Part shown: in pieces, positions 1 to 9,790 of the stretch
Position numbering within the stretch: position 1 is the first letter of the stretch
How the letters are laid out: every line of letters begins with the position of its first letter
Source: Desulfobacterales bacterium
GTDB lineage: Bacteria; Desulfobacterota; Desulfobacteria; Desulfobacterales; UBA5852
Direction: 5' to 3'
Assembly (NCBI GenBank): GCA_963674755.2
Contig: CAXXVS010000003.1
Location: forward strand, 896,001-960,000
DNA: 64,000 bases
The notes under the pieces: generated by a model
Database searches by the model: none
The model's input: the letters and a program-made list of their open reading frames with translations, nothing else
What the model was told of the DNA's origin: nothing
Position numbers and translations under genes: made by a program

Positions 1-1
1 T

Positions 2-271
2 CGGCTGGTTTTGATCCCCGGTGCCCTGCCCGGCATCATGGACGATCTGCGCATTACTATCGGCTGGGCCTGGACCTACCTGGTAGTGGCCGAACTGGTG
101 GCGGCCAATTCCGGCCTGGGCTACATGATTTTGCGGGCCCAGCGCTTTCTGGCCATCGAACGCATTTTTGCCGGGTTGATCATTATCGGCCTGCTCGGCC
201 TGGCAACAGACTGGTTGTTCAAATGGCTCACCCGGATCAGCGTACCCTGGAGCGAAAAGGTGGGCCGATGA
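2..271 (+). CDS. NitT/TauT/SsuC-family ABC transporter permease (5'-truncated by window edge)
   Basis: Open frame from window start; C-terminal signature LRITIGWAWTYLVVAELVAANSGLGYMI; stop overlaps next ATG (ATGA). Confidence 0.9.
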   Translation, partial: RLVLIPGALPGIMDDLRITIGWAWTYLVVAELVAANSGLGYMILRAQRFLAIERIFAGLIIIGLLGLATDWLFKWLTRISVPWSEKVGR

Positions 272-1029
272 TCAAGCTGCAACTGGATCGTCTGGGGAAA
301 GTCTTCGGCGAAGGCGCCAAGGCCGTGGCAGCCTTGGAGGACATCTCGATCGATGTCCGGGAAAAGGAGTTCGCCGTGGTGGTGGGGCCCTCGGGCTGCG
401 GCAAATCCACCCTGCTCAATATCGTGGCCGGCTTGGAGCAGGGCACGGCGGGCCAGGCCCTGATCAACGGACGCCGCATCCAGGGTCCTGGTGCGGACCG
501 GGGCATGGTGTTCCAGTCCTACACGCTCTTCCCCTGGCTTTCGGTGCGCAAGAACGTGGAGTTCGGCCTGCGCATCAAGGGCCTGCCGGCGGCCGAACGA
601 GGGCGCATCGCCCGCCGTTATCTCAAGCTGGTGGGGCTCGAGGAGTTCGCGAATGCGCTGCCCAAGTCGCTTTCGGGCGGTATGAAACAGCGCACCGCCA
701 TTGCCCGCGTGCTGGCCAACAGCCCCGACATGCTGCTCATGGACGAACCCTTCGGAGCCCTGGACGCCCAAACACGGCTGCAACTGCAGGATTTGCTGCT
801 GGATGTCTGGCGTGAAGAAAGCGCCACGGTGCTGTTCATCACCCATGACATCGACGAGGCCATCCTGCTGGCCGATACGATTCACATCATGTCCCGCCGC
901 CCCGGCCGCATCATCAAAACCATCACCGTCGACATCGCGCGCCCGCGCGACCATCGGACCTCGCTCCGGCCTGAGTTTATCGCCATCAAGAAAGACATCA
1001 TGGAAACGCTCTGGGAACAGCTAAGTTAA
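268..1029 (+). CDS. NitT/TauT-family ABC transporter ATP-binding protein
   Basis: Walker A GPSGCGKST, signature LSGGMKQR, Walker B LLMDEPFGALD, H-loop ITHD; ATG at 268 coupled to permease stop. Confidence 0.95.
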   Translation: MIKLQLDRLGKVFGEGAKAVAALEDISIDVREKEFAVVVGPSGCGKSTLLNIVAGLEQGTAGQALINGRRIQGPGADRGMVFQSYTLFPWLSVRKNVEFGLRIKGLPAAERGRIARRYLKLVGLEEFANALPKSLSGGMKQRTAIARVLANSPDMLLMDEPFGALDAQTRLQLQDLLLDVWREESATVLFITHDIDEAILLADTIHIMSRRPGRIIKTITVDIARPRDHRTSLRPEFIAIKKDIMETLWEQLS

Positions 1030-1255
1030 GCTGCCGGCCCCTATCAGGCGACCCGGGGTAGGCGCCTGGTTGACCATGTTCGCCCATGGCGTCTAAGGCA
1101 GAGGACGGCAGACCGCACTAGTCAGCGGTTGGTCCTGCGATCTACAGTGCGCGGGCTTCGAGGCGTGCCCGGCTTGTCGCCTGGGGTCGCGCATCGTGTC
1201 CGATCGCTATTTTCGGCGGGAAGAGGCCGGATAGATCAAACACAAGGAGACAGCC

Positions 1256-2233
1256 GTGCGAATCGCGATTTTGGATGATTATCAAGATGTCGTCAGGCGA
1301 CTGGACTGTTTCAACCTGCTGGCACCCTATGAGGTGACGGTCCTCACGGAAACCTTCCGGGAAGGGGAGGCATTGGCCGCCGCCGTTGCGGCGGCCGAGG
1401 TGCTGGTGCTGATCCGGGAGCGGACCCGGATTGACCAGGCCCTCCTGTCGCGTCTGCCCCGCTTGCGGCTCGTCAGCCAGACGGGCAAGATCAGCAGTCA
1501 TCTGGATCTGACGGCCTGCACCCGCGCCGGGGTGCTGGTGGCCGAAGGGGTCGGGTCGCCCGTGGCCCCCGCCGAGTTTTGCTGGGCGCTGGTCATGGCC
1601 GCGTCGCGCCATATTCCGGCCTACGCCCAGAAGCTGATCGAAGGGGCGTGGCAGCAGTCAGGTCCCCTGGGATTGGGCCGAACGCTGCAGGGATTGACCT
1701 TCGGCATCTGGGGCTATGGCAGGATCGGCAAACGCGTGGCCCGGTATGCCCAAGTCTTCGGGATGAACGTGCTGGTGTGGGGGAGCGAACGCTCCCGCAA
1801 GGCCGCCGTGTCCGATGGGTTTGACGCCGCCCCGGATAAGGCTTTTTTCTTCCGCCGGGCCGATGTGCTCTCCCTCCATCTGCGATTGAATGACGCCACA
1901 AGGGGGTGCGTTACGCGGGAAGATCTGGCGCTGATGAAGCCGGATGCCCTGTTTGTCAATATCAGCCGTGCCGGTTTGGTGGAAGCAAACGCGCTTTACG
2001 ACGAATTGAAAGCGGTGCCCACCAAACGGGCCGCCATCGACGTCTATGACGACGAACCCATCCGGGAGGCCTCCGATCCGCTGCTCGCGCTTCCCAACGT
2101 GCTCTGTTCGCCGCACCTGGGATATGTGGAGCAGAACAGCTATGAACTTTACTTCAAAGCGGCGTTCGAGAATGTGGTCCACTATCTGGAAGGCAAGCCC
2201 AGCAACATCGCCAACCGTGAATTGCTGCCCTGA
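1256..2233 (+). CDS. D-2-hydroxyacid dehydrogenase family protein (SerA-like, NAD-binding)
   Basis: GYGRIG Rossmann motif, NISRAGLV, DVYDDEP, SPHLGY; RBS aaggag before GTG. Confidence 0.9.
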   Translation: MRIAILDDYQDVVRRLDCFNLLAPYEVTVLTETFREGEALAAAVAAAEVLVLIRERTRIDQALLSRLPRLRLVSQTGKISSHLDLTACTRAGVLVAEGVGSPVAPAEFCWALVMAASRHIPAYAQKLIEGAWQQSGPLGLGRTLQGLTFGIWGYGRIGKRVARYAQVFGMNVLVWGSERSRKAAVSDGFDAAPDKAFFFRRADVLSLHLRLNDATRGCVTREDLALMKPDALFVNISRAGLVEANALYDELKAVPTKRAAIDVYDDEPIREASDPLLALPNVLCSPHLGYVEQNSYELYFKAAFENVVHYLEGKPSNIANRELLP

Positions 2234-2272
2234 GGTCGGGATGCGAAGCGTTACGACGAATGGCAGAAGGCG

Positions 2273-3250
2273 CTACATGATCTCCTTGATGGCAGTTATC
2301 AACTGCGCCTCACCGGGGATATAAAAACGCTCCAGGGGCGGACTGGCCGGCACCGGGATGTCCGGCCCGGTGACCCGCCGCAGGGGGGCTTTGAGGCTGG
2401 CAAAAGCTTCTTCCAGCACCACGGCCGCCACCTCGCCGGCAAATCCCCCGGTGCGCGTGGCCTCGTGCAGCACGACCAGCCGGCCGGTCTTGCGCACCGA
2501 GGCCAGGAGGGTTTCCTTGTCCAACGGCGCAATGGTGCGCAAATCCACGATTTCCACGGCGACGCCCTCAGTCGCCAATTGTTCGGCGGCCCTCAGGGCC
2601 ACCCCCAACATCTTGGACCATGTCACGACGGTCACATCGTCCCCCGGGCGCTTGACCTCGGCCCGGCCGATGGGGGTCAGGTAGTCTTCTTCGGGGACCG
2701 GACCGGGAACGAAGTAGAGGCTCAGGTCTTCAAAGAAAATGACCGGGTTAGGGTCCCGGATGGCGGACTTGAGCAGGCCTTTGGCATCGGCCGAAGTGGC
2801 CGGCATGATCACCTTCAAGCCGGGACAATGGGCGGCCCAGGCTTCCAGGTTGTGGGAATGCTGACACCCGGCGCCGAAACCGGCCCCGGATTTGATGCGG
2901 ACCACCAGGGGAAACGAGGATTTGCCGCCCGAAAGATAGCGCAGTTTGGCGGCATGATTGACAATCATGTCCGAGGCCAGGGTGAAGAAGGGGTTGAACA
3001 TGATTTCGATCACCGGTTTCAGGCCCGCCTCGGCCGCCCCCACGGCCAGCCCGGCAATGGCCGCTTCGGAAACCGGCGTGTCCCGGACCCGCGCGGGTCC
3101 GAAGGTGTCCAGCAGGCCCGCCGTGGGGAGCATGGGGCTGTGGTGAATGCCGACCCCGATACCCTCTCCTGCCAGGAAGACATCGGGATCGCGCTCCATC
3201 TCTTCCCTGAGAGCCTGGTTGATGGCCTGTCCCATTCCGAGTTGTTGCAT
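2273..3250 (-). CDS. 2-oxoacid/acetoin dehydrogenase E1 component beta subunit
   Basis: DTPVSEAAIAG, QHSH, DLRTIAPLD and KTGRLVVLHE motifs; start placed at MQQLGMGQAIN after an aaaggag RBS. Confidence 0.93.
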   Translation of the reverse strand: MQQLGMGQAINQALREEMERDPDVFLAGEGIGVGIHHSPMLPTAGLLDTFGPARVRDTPVSEAAIAGLAVGAAEAGLKPVIEIMFNPFFTLASDMIVNHAAKLRYLSGGKSSFPLVVRIKSGAGFGAGCQHSHNLEAWAAHCPGLKVIMPATSADAKGLLKSAIRDPNPVIFFEDLSLYFVPGPVPEEDYLTPIGRAEVKRPGDDVTVVTWSKMLGVALRAAEQLATEGVAVEIVDLRTIAPLDKETLLASVRKTGRLVVLHEATRTGGFAGEVAAVVLEEAFASLKAPLRRVTGPDIPVPASPPLERFYIPGEAQLITAIKEIM

Positions 3251-3267
3251 GGCGCTACTCCTTTCAG

Positions 3268-3410
3268 GACGGCTTCGCAAAATGCCCAATCCGCCAGAGG
3301 CGGACAAGTCTCCGCGTTGTGCTTCACTCCTCGTCACTGCGGCGTACCTGGTGTACGCCTCGTTCCGCTTCATTTGCACGCCTTGATATTGGACATTGGT
3401 CAAAGCCGTC
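3268..3410. repeat. ~143-bp palindromic MITE/REP-like element between E1 alpha and beta
   Basis: Imperfect 23-bp terminal inverted repeats (gacggcttcgcaaaatgcccaat / attggacattggtcaaagccgtc, 18/23 complementary); inner hairpins ggcgtac-ctggt-gtacgcc and tccgcc-aga-ggcgga. Confidence 0.7.
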
Positions 3411-3435
3411 CAATTGATGAGCGCAAATCAGTGCT

Positions 3436-4398
3436 TCAGGCGAAGACATCCTCGAGAGCCTCATGGGACTCCGGATAGGGGCTCTCCTCGGCAAAGCGGA
3501 TGGCCGCCTGCACGATGGCATCGACTTGGCGCTCCATCTCCCGCAGGTCGTCCGGGCTGATAAGGCCCTCGGCGAGCATCTCGCCGCGCAGCTTGGGAAT
3601 GGGGCACATGGCCTGCCAGGCCGCGATTTCCTCCTTGGGCTGGTAGAGTTGGAGGTCGCTTTCGCCATGCCCGCGCCAGCGGTAGGTCTTGTACTCGATG
3701 AGGGTCGGCCCTTTCCCGGCGACGGCGTGCTGCCGGGCTTCCAGGGCCGAGGCATACACGGCCAGGGCATCATTGCCGTCCATCGCATGGCCCGGCATGG
3801 CATAGCCGGCGGCCCGGTCCGCGATGTTTTTAACCTTGGTGTGCTCTTCCTGGCGCTGGGCGCCGGCATAAAGATTGTTCTCGCAGACGAAGATGACGGG
3901 GAGGTTCCAGAGGCTGGCCATGTTCAGCGCTTCGTGAAAGGAGCCCTCGTCGGCGGCGCCGTCGCCGATGAAGCAGACCGTGACGCTTTTCTCCTGGCGA
4001 TAGTGCTGGGCGAAGGCCCGGCCCACCGCAATGGGCGGACCGCCTCCCACCACGGTGGTGGTGCAGGGGGCGTTGACCTCGGGCACCGCCAGGTGCAGGG
4101 TCCCGCTCTTGCCCTTGTTGCATCCGGTTCGCTTGCCGAAGATTTCAGCCATCAGGGTGTTCGGGTCGGCGCCTTTGGCCAGCAGGTGGCTGTGGCTGCG
4201 GTGGTTGGTGATGATCACATCCTCCGGCTGCAGGGCGGCACACACCCCGGCGCCGACCGCCTCCTGCCCCGTGCAGAGAATCATCATGCCGGGGATCTTG
4301 CCTTCGATTTTACATAGTTCCGTCAGCGCTTCCTCGAACCGGCGGGCCAGCAGCAGGGAACGGAGCATTTCCAGTTTCTTTTCGCGGGCGATTTCCAT
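3436..4398 (-). CDS. Thiamine-diphosphate-dependent dehydrogenase E1 component alpha subunit
   Basis: ThDP motif GDGAADEG...VCENN, GQEA, TYRWRGH; RBS gggagg before ATG at 4398. Confidence 0.93.
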   Translation of the reverse strand: MEIAREKKLEMLRSLLLARRFEEALTELCKIEGKIPGMMILCTGQEAVGAGVCAALQPEDVIITNHRSHSHLLAKGADPNTLMAEIFGKRTGCNKGKSGTLHLAVPEVNAPCTTTVVGGGPPIAVGRAFAQHYRQEKSVTVCFIGDGAADEGSFHEALNMASLWNLPVIFVCENNLYAGAQRQEEHTKVKNIADRAAGYAMPGHAMDGNDALAVYASALEARQHAVAGKGPTLIEYKTYRWRGHGESDLQLYQPKEEIAAWQAMCPIPKLRGEMLAEGLISPDDLREMERQVDAIVQAAIRFAEESPYPESHEALEDVFA

Positions 4399-4525
4399 GG
4401 TGCCTCCCTTTGCCGCAAACCGTGCGCTCAACCGGTTATGCGGCATGTTCCATTGGATTTCCATACCTCATTGGCGTGACCTTGGGGGTCCTGCCAACAA
4501 TGCTCTCTTTTAAAGCCTGGGCTGA

Positions 4526-5089
4526 TCATTTGCGTTTGTCGGTCGCCCGCCAACCGCCGAGGGGCGAGAAGACCGGTTTCAGCACCTTGCGGATTTCCCG
4601 GGCCTGCTCGATGACGTAGAACAAGTCCGGGTCGATTTGCTGCACTTCGGGCAGGATCCATTTCAGGTCCCGGCGGCGGCAGGCGATATAGAGCATATGG
4701 ACCGGGCTGTGCATGCCCTCTCCCTGGACAATGGTGACGGGTTGGCCCTTGTCCCGCAAATAGGCGGCAATTTCCGCCCCGGCTGCACGGGTGATAATTC
4801 GTAAGATGGTGGTTCCAAAAGCGATTTTGCGTTCCACCATGATACCCACCACATTGCCGGTGGCATAGCCGAAGGCGTAAAAGGCAATCAGCACGGGATT
4901 GTCTTTGACCTGGTGAATCACCGTGCTGACAATGGTGAGCCAGATGCTGATTTCAACCACCGCCAGGCAAAAGGCGATCACTGTCCGTCCCTGAACGGTA
5001 ACGATCGTCCGGACCGTACCGATGGAGACATCGCAAATGCGGGCCACAAAGACGATGAGTCCGGTGACAAGAATGTGAGTCTCGAACAT
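4526..5089 (-). CDS. DUF2179/DUF5698 (UPF0316-like) membrane protein
   Basis: ARICDVSIGTVRTI, three TM segments, YAFGYATGNVVG, soluble C-terminal domain ending IDPDLF. Confidence 0.8.
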   Translation of the reverse strand: MFETHILVTGLIVFVARICDVSIGTVRTIVTVQGRTVIAFCLAVVEISIWLTIVSTVIHQVKDNPVLIAFYAFGYATGNVVGIMVERKIAFGTTILRIITRAAGAEIAAYLRDKGQPVTIVQGEGMHSPVHMLYIACRRRDLKWILPEVQQIDPDLFYVIEQAREIRKVLKPVFSPLGGWRATDKRK

Positions 5090-5668
5090 CTTCCTGAGAA
5101 TTCTCCTTAAAGGCGCAAGCGGGGTCGGAAGTCGACCCCGAAGGATGGCGTTTGTGGCAGAATAAAGCGAAAATCGATTCAAGTACACATCTTTTATAGG
5201 GAAATGGAAGGAAAGCGCCGGCGGCGGGCGGCCTGGCTTTTTGGTTGATGAATCCGCTTTCCGATTGCGAGGGCGGTTGTGCGATCCACCCGCAGGCGTC
5301 GATGGCATTCAAACTCTTCCAGGATGCGAGCCCTGGTTTTTCCCGAGGTGGCCACCCGCAGAAAGCCGGTATGCTCGTAGTGAATCGTAAAGCAACGTGG
5401 CGCTTCACCTCTTGTCATACAGGGACGGGATGGACTATGGTGATCAATGCGGCTTCAGTATACAGCACTCAATCAAAAAAATCGCCACCTGCCCGCCGTC
5501 AATCCGATCTTCCACGACCGTCAAACCCCAGGCGACCGACCCACCACACTGGAGGGGCCTCGGCGGTTCAAGCGAGACAAGGGATAGACGCTGCGGGGCG
5601 CCCCAAGCATCAACACCTCCCCGTCTGCCGCCCGGAAGGTTCAAAACCCCAACATGAGGAGTTGCCCC

Positions 5669-6997
5669 ATGGCATCGGCGGCTTCAGAAACGTTTAACGA
5701 TCATGTGGAACGGCTTTTGGGAGGGCGGCTGCCGGATACCCTGGCCGATCAGATCCCCATTGCCGACCTCCCGCCAGATGCCCGGGGCGTGGCCCTGCGC
5801 CTGCTTGCCCTAATGAAGCGTTCCGGGTGTGCGGCGACGGAATTCAATGCCCAGATGATTTGGCTGTTGGCCGCGGTTACGCCGTCCATGCTCCCAGCGG
5901 CCTGGGGCGGCCACATTCCACCGCTTACCTCCTCCGGCCGCCATCGCAAGCTCGACGCCTATGTCCACCATCGGATCCGGCTGGCCGACAACAACGGCCG
6001 GCCGCTTTTTGTCGACCTGGGGTGCGGCTTCCCGCCGGTGACGGCGGTCGATACGGCCAATGCTTTGCCGGACTGGGCCGTCTGCGGCGTGGATCGCGCG
6101 TTTCACCGTTATGTTCTCTATGATGCCGACGGCTGCTATGCCTGCTTCAACCGCGACGGTGGCTTTCAATACGTCCAGTCGCCGGGGAAACCCCTGAACG
6201 ACACCCCCGAGGGGGTCAGGGTCCGCTTTCAGTCGCTTTTTGCGGATCTCCGTCCCCTGCTTGATCCGCCGCGTGACGGCCGCAGCGCAAAGGTGGCCAA
6301 GGACGGCTGCCGGCTGATTGCCGACCATGTCCGCGATTTCGAAAGGGAAAACCTGACCTTTGTCAAGGCGGATATCGATGCGCTTCAGTTGCCGCCCGCA
6401 CAATTTGTGCGCTGTATGAATATGCTGCTTTACTTTTCTAAAGGCGACCGTGAACGGATGCTGACCGCGATGGGGGCCCTGCTCGACGAGAATGGCCTTA
6501 TGATGACCGGGTTCAACCATCCCTTCGGGATCTATGCGCGCTATGCCGTCTATGCCAGGGATGCCGCCGGCATCCGTCCCCGCGAATTTGCCTTCAGCAT
6601 GGATAATTTGCGGCCCTTGGGGATCGGGCCCTGGCTTACGCTTGTCGAAGACGATCGTGAAGCCGCGCTGCTGGCGGATCTGACCGGTGCCATACGCGCG
6701 GACCGGATTTTCTGGTCGGATTTTACCCGCCGGGTGGATGCTCTTCGGGTCCAATTCGGAATTGGCACCCGGAGCCTGGACGGTTTTCTGCAATTTACGG
6801 AAGAAACCCGGACGGCATCGCCTCTCGTCGTCACGCAAAAGACAACGGCTCTATGGCAGCAGATGGCAACGGAAGGCTATGCCGCAGCGGCCGTGGCGGC
6901 TCTGGAGCGCGCCGGATACAAGGCTTGGATCAATGCAGTGGGGGATATCGCCGTGTTGCCGCCGCCGCAGTCGCTGGACACCGTCCGAAGGGAATAG
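5669..6997 (+). CDS. Hypothetical class I SAM-dependent methyltransferase-like protein
   Basis: FVDLGCG motif I, VCGVD, CheR-like FVRCMNMLLYF...LDENGLMMTG; RBS gaggag before ATG 5669. Confidence 0.6.
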   Translation: MASAASETFNDHVERLLGGRLPDTLADQIPIADLPPDARGVALRLLALMKRSGCAATEFNAQMIWLLAAVTPSMLPAAWGGHIPPLTSSGRHRKLDAYVHHRIRLADNNGRPLFVDLGCGFPPVTAVDTANALPDWAVCGVDRAFHRYVLYDADGCYACFNRDGGFQYVQSPGKPLNDTPEGVRVRFQSLFADLRPLLDPPRDGRSAKVAKDGCRLIADHVRDFERENLTFVKADIDALQLPPAQFVRCMNMLLYFSKGDRERMLTAMGALLDENGLMMTGFNHPFGIYARYAVYARDAAGIRPREFAFSMDNLRPLGIGPWLTLVEDDREAALLADLTGAIRADRIFWSDFTRRVDALRVQFGIGTRSLDGFLQFTEETRTASPLVVTQKTTALWQQMATEGYAAAAVAALERAGYKAWINAVGDIAVLPPPQSLDTVRRE

Positions 6998-7150
6998 ACG
7001 ATATTCGCGCCGGCCAGCTAAGAGCTACGAGGCAGGCGAAGAATCGACAATGACCGTCCGAGGCGGACGCCAACAACGGAGAATATTACCATGATCGGCA
7101 GGTTACACGGATGATTTTTTCATTTGTCCCTGAACGCAAAGGAGATGACA

Positions 7151-7474
7151 ATGGTTAAAAAGCTGACGATCCTCTCGGTTGTGCTGCTGTTGGCGGCCTG
7201 TGCTTCGGCAGGCAAACCCATCGACAAAACCCACATGGATGAAATTGCGAATGGCGTGCAGACCAAAGCCCAGATTCGCCAGTGGTTTGGCGAGCCTTAC
7301 ACGGTGAAGACCGGTCTCGCGGGGCATCCCGACGGATGCGTGGAGCGCTGGACCTATGAGTATGCCAAGGCCCGCGGATTCGGTAAGGTGACCTACTCGG
7401 AAGTGCTGGTTGTGGATTTTGACGCCGCCGGAAAGGTCTGCGACCATGCCTATTCCAAAACAGGGAACCCCTGA
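7151..7474 (+). CDS. Small lipoprotein, SmpA/BamE-like domain
   Basis: Signal peptide with lipobox LAAC; I..G..TK.QI...FGEP...W.Y pattern; ends in VDFD..GKV. Confidence 0.75.
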   Translation: MVKKLTILSVVLLLAACASAGKPIDKTHMDEIANGVQTKAQIRQWFGEPYTVKTGLAGHPDGCVERWTYEYAKARGFGKVTYSEVLVVDFDAAGKVCDHAYSKTGNP

Positions 7475-7591
7475 TCCAATCCCTGCGGTATGGAGGATAG
7501 GTGGCTTCGGTTCTCCTATGCCACTCCCTAGCGGCTTTCATGGCCGTGTATTTTAATTTGTCTCAGAACCGGAGCAGCGTTGTTTGGGGTC

Positions 7592-8977
7592 TTAAATTCC
7601 CAGAAACAGCTTGGCCGTGCTGAAATAGATGAACAGCCCGGTGATGTCCACGATGGTGGTCAGGGCGGGGCTGGCCACCACGGCCGGGTCCCATTTCATT
7701 TTGGCGGCACCCAAAGGCAAAAGCGCGCCGATCAGGGTCGAGGTGACCACCTGCAACCCCAGCGCAATGGAAATGGCGATGCCGAGCCGGATCAACGAAT
7801 AGCTGCCGGGAAGCACCGCTCCCCCGCCCAGGAAGAGCACTCGCCCGAAGGCGATGGTCCCCAGCAGCAGGGCCAGCAGCAAGGCCACACGGAATTCCCG
7901 GGACAGAATGCGCAGAATGTCTTTGGTCGAAACTTCATTGAGGGCCAGGGCCCGGACCACCAGAGTGGCGGACTGGCTGCCGGTATTGCCGCCCGTGTCG
8001 GCCAGCATCGGCATGAAGGCCGCCAGAATCGTAAACTGCATCAGCAGACCTTCGAAATTCTGGACGATAAGACCGGACACCAGTCCCAGCAGTGCCAGGG
8101 CGATGATCCAGGGCGCCCGGTTCCGGAAATGCTGCCAGACCGAGGTTTTCATGTACACGGCGTCTTCGTGGCTGCCGGCGATGGCCATGAATTTTTCCAT
8201 GTCCTCGGTGTGCTCCTGGGTGATGATGTCCAGGGCGTCGTCCTGGGTGATGATGCCCACCAGCGCGTCGCCGCCATTGAGCACCGGCAGGGCCAGCAGG
8301 TCGAATTTCTGGATCGTGCGGGCGGCTTCCTCCCGGTCGTCATCCACCCGGACGGAGATGACCTCGGGATGCATGATGTCGCCGACCCGATCCTCCCGAC
8401 GGGCGACAATAAGATCCTTGAGGGAGACGAAGCCCAGCAGCTTGCGCTGATCATCCACCACATAGGCGTAGTAGATCGTTTCTTTGTCCGGAGCGACCTC
8501 GCGGAGGCGTTCGACGGCCTGCTGCGCGGTCAGCCGCGGGGAGAGGGTGGCATAGTCCGATGTCATGACGGAGCCGGCGGTGCCCTCTTCGTAGGCGATC
8601 AAACGGCGGATATCTTCCCGCTCGGCCTGGGCCAGGGCCGGCAGAACCGCTTCCCGCCGATCCTCGGGCAGGCTTTTGAAGAGATCGGCGCGTTCGTCGT
8701 GGGGCATGGCGGTCATCAAACGGGCGATTTCATCGCGCGGCAGGGGTTCCAGGATGGCCATCTGGAGATCGCTCTCCAGGTGGCCGAAAATATCGGCGCG
8801 CAGGAATGGATCGGCCTGGCGCAGGACGCCCCAGGCTTCCGGGGCTTCAAGCGGGGCAATCATTTCGGCAATGGTGGCCGGGTGGCCGGACTCGCAGAAA
8901 TCCTGAAGGGCTTTGGTGTCCCCGGCGGCAAGCAACTCGCGCAGCTCGGGGACCACGAGCGGATTCTTGTTGATCAT
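7592..8977 (-). CDS. mgtE: Magnesium transporter MgtE
   Basis: N-domain (HPATIAE), CBS pair (TAGSVMT, YAYVVDD, GIITQDD), TM motif DTGGNTGSQS, DPAVVASPALTTIVDITG; RBS ggagg. Confidence 0.97.
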   Translation of the reverse strand: MINKNPLVVPELRELLAAGDTKALQDFCESGHPATIAEMIAPLEAPEAWGVLRQADPFLRADIFGHLESDLQMAILEPLPRDEIARLMTAMPHDERADLFKSLPEDRREAVLPALAQAEREDIRRLIAYEEGTAGSVMTSDYATLSPRLTAQQAVERLREVAPDKETIYYAYVVDDQRKLLGFVSLKDLIVARREDRVGDIMHPEVISVRVDDDREEAARTIQKFDLLALPVLNGGDALVGIITQDDALDIITQEHTEDMEKFMAIAGSHEDAVYMKTSVWQHFRNRAPWIIALALLGLVSGLIVQNFEGLLMQFTILAAFMPMLADTGGNTGSQSATLVVRALALNEVSTKDILRILSREFRVALLLALLLGTIAFGRVLFLGGGAVLPGSYSLIRLGIAISIALGLQVVTSTLIGALLPLGAAKMKWDPAVVASPALTTIVDITGLFIYFSTAKLFLGI

Positions 8978-9366
8978 GGTTCACCTCCCATATTGGCAGC
9001 CGCGTTGGCGGGACAATCGCGGCCGGAGGCGAACCGGGGCGTTAGAGGCGTTCCGCGCTGTACGGGGGGTACAGGCAGGGCGGACGCCGGCCCCTCAAAC
9101 CTCTGGCCGCAGGACTATTCCGTCTTGCGCCAGGGTCGTCGGGATCGTCAGGGGACGATTCCCGGACAGGATTCGGGCTGCTGGTGCTGACAGCCGCATC
9201 GTTCATTGGAGATCCTTGCGATAAAGGTTGAAAATGTGGAGCATATGTTTCCGTGCGGTCTCCTTTTACGCCTCGGGATGTAAAATACAAGCTTTTTCTT
9301 CGATCGATCGGTTTGCATACGCCGCAAGTTGTCGGCCGGATCCTCCGATCGGCCGGAAAACCTGAA

Positions 9367-9711
9367 ATGCAAGACGGTATTTACGACATCGTCATTTCCG
9401 CCGGCGCTGCCAGGGTTGCAGGGCAGGTGGCGCTCAAGGCCAATCGCCTCAACGGCGGCGCGGAGGGCTATCGCTGCCAGGGGAGGTTGACTCTCGCCGG
9501 CGGCAATCTGGCCGGGACCATCGGCATCAACAAGAGGGATGCCGCCGCGCCGGCAGTCCTGGGCCTTTTCAAAGAGATCGTCGTTCCGGTTGTGGGGCGC
9601 TACGACCCGGCGGGGCCATCCTTCGTTTTCGAAGGCCGCGCCTACGGGCACCATGTTATTCAGGTTGCGGTAAGCGGCACGTTTGCCACATCGTTTCCGG
9701 GCGCTAGTTGA
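9367..9711 (+). CDS. GrlR-like small beta-barrel protein
   Basis: 114 aa, MQDGIY.IVI...G.V......LNGG..GY...G pattern recalled from the GrlR family; start inferred. Confidence 0.55.
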   Translation: MQDGIYDIVISAGAARVAGQVALKANRLNGGAEGYRCQGRLTLAGGNLAGTIGINKRDAAAPAVLGLFKEIVVPVVGRYDPAGPSFVFEGRAYGHHVIQVAVSGTFATSFPGAS

Positions 9712-9790
9712 ATACCGCGCCCCGGAACACGAATCAGCAGCGACGGCCGGGGGCGGGCGCGGCGGGGAGAGAACACCCCCCGCACCAGGT

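Noticed and set aside
3251..3403. N-terminal extension of E1 beta in the ORF track
   Set aside because: It reads through the palindromic element; a good RBS supports the start at 3250.
5194..5650. Short ORFs and a repeated ccacccgcag 10-mer between the DUF2179 gene and the methyltransferase
   Set aside because: No motif or RBS support, and only two short copies; the TGAACC near 5640 lacks the downstream nYAC element.
7580..9190. Long antisense ORFs such as 7580..9190, 31414..33609 and 41452..43194
   Set aside because: They lie opposite well-supported genes and lack domain signatures.
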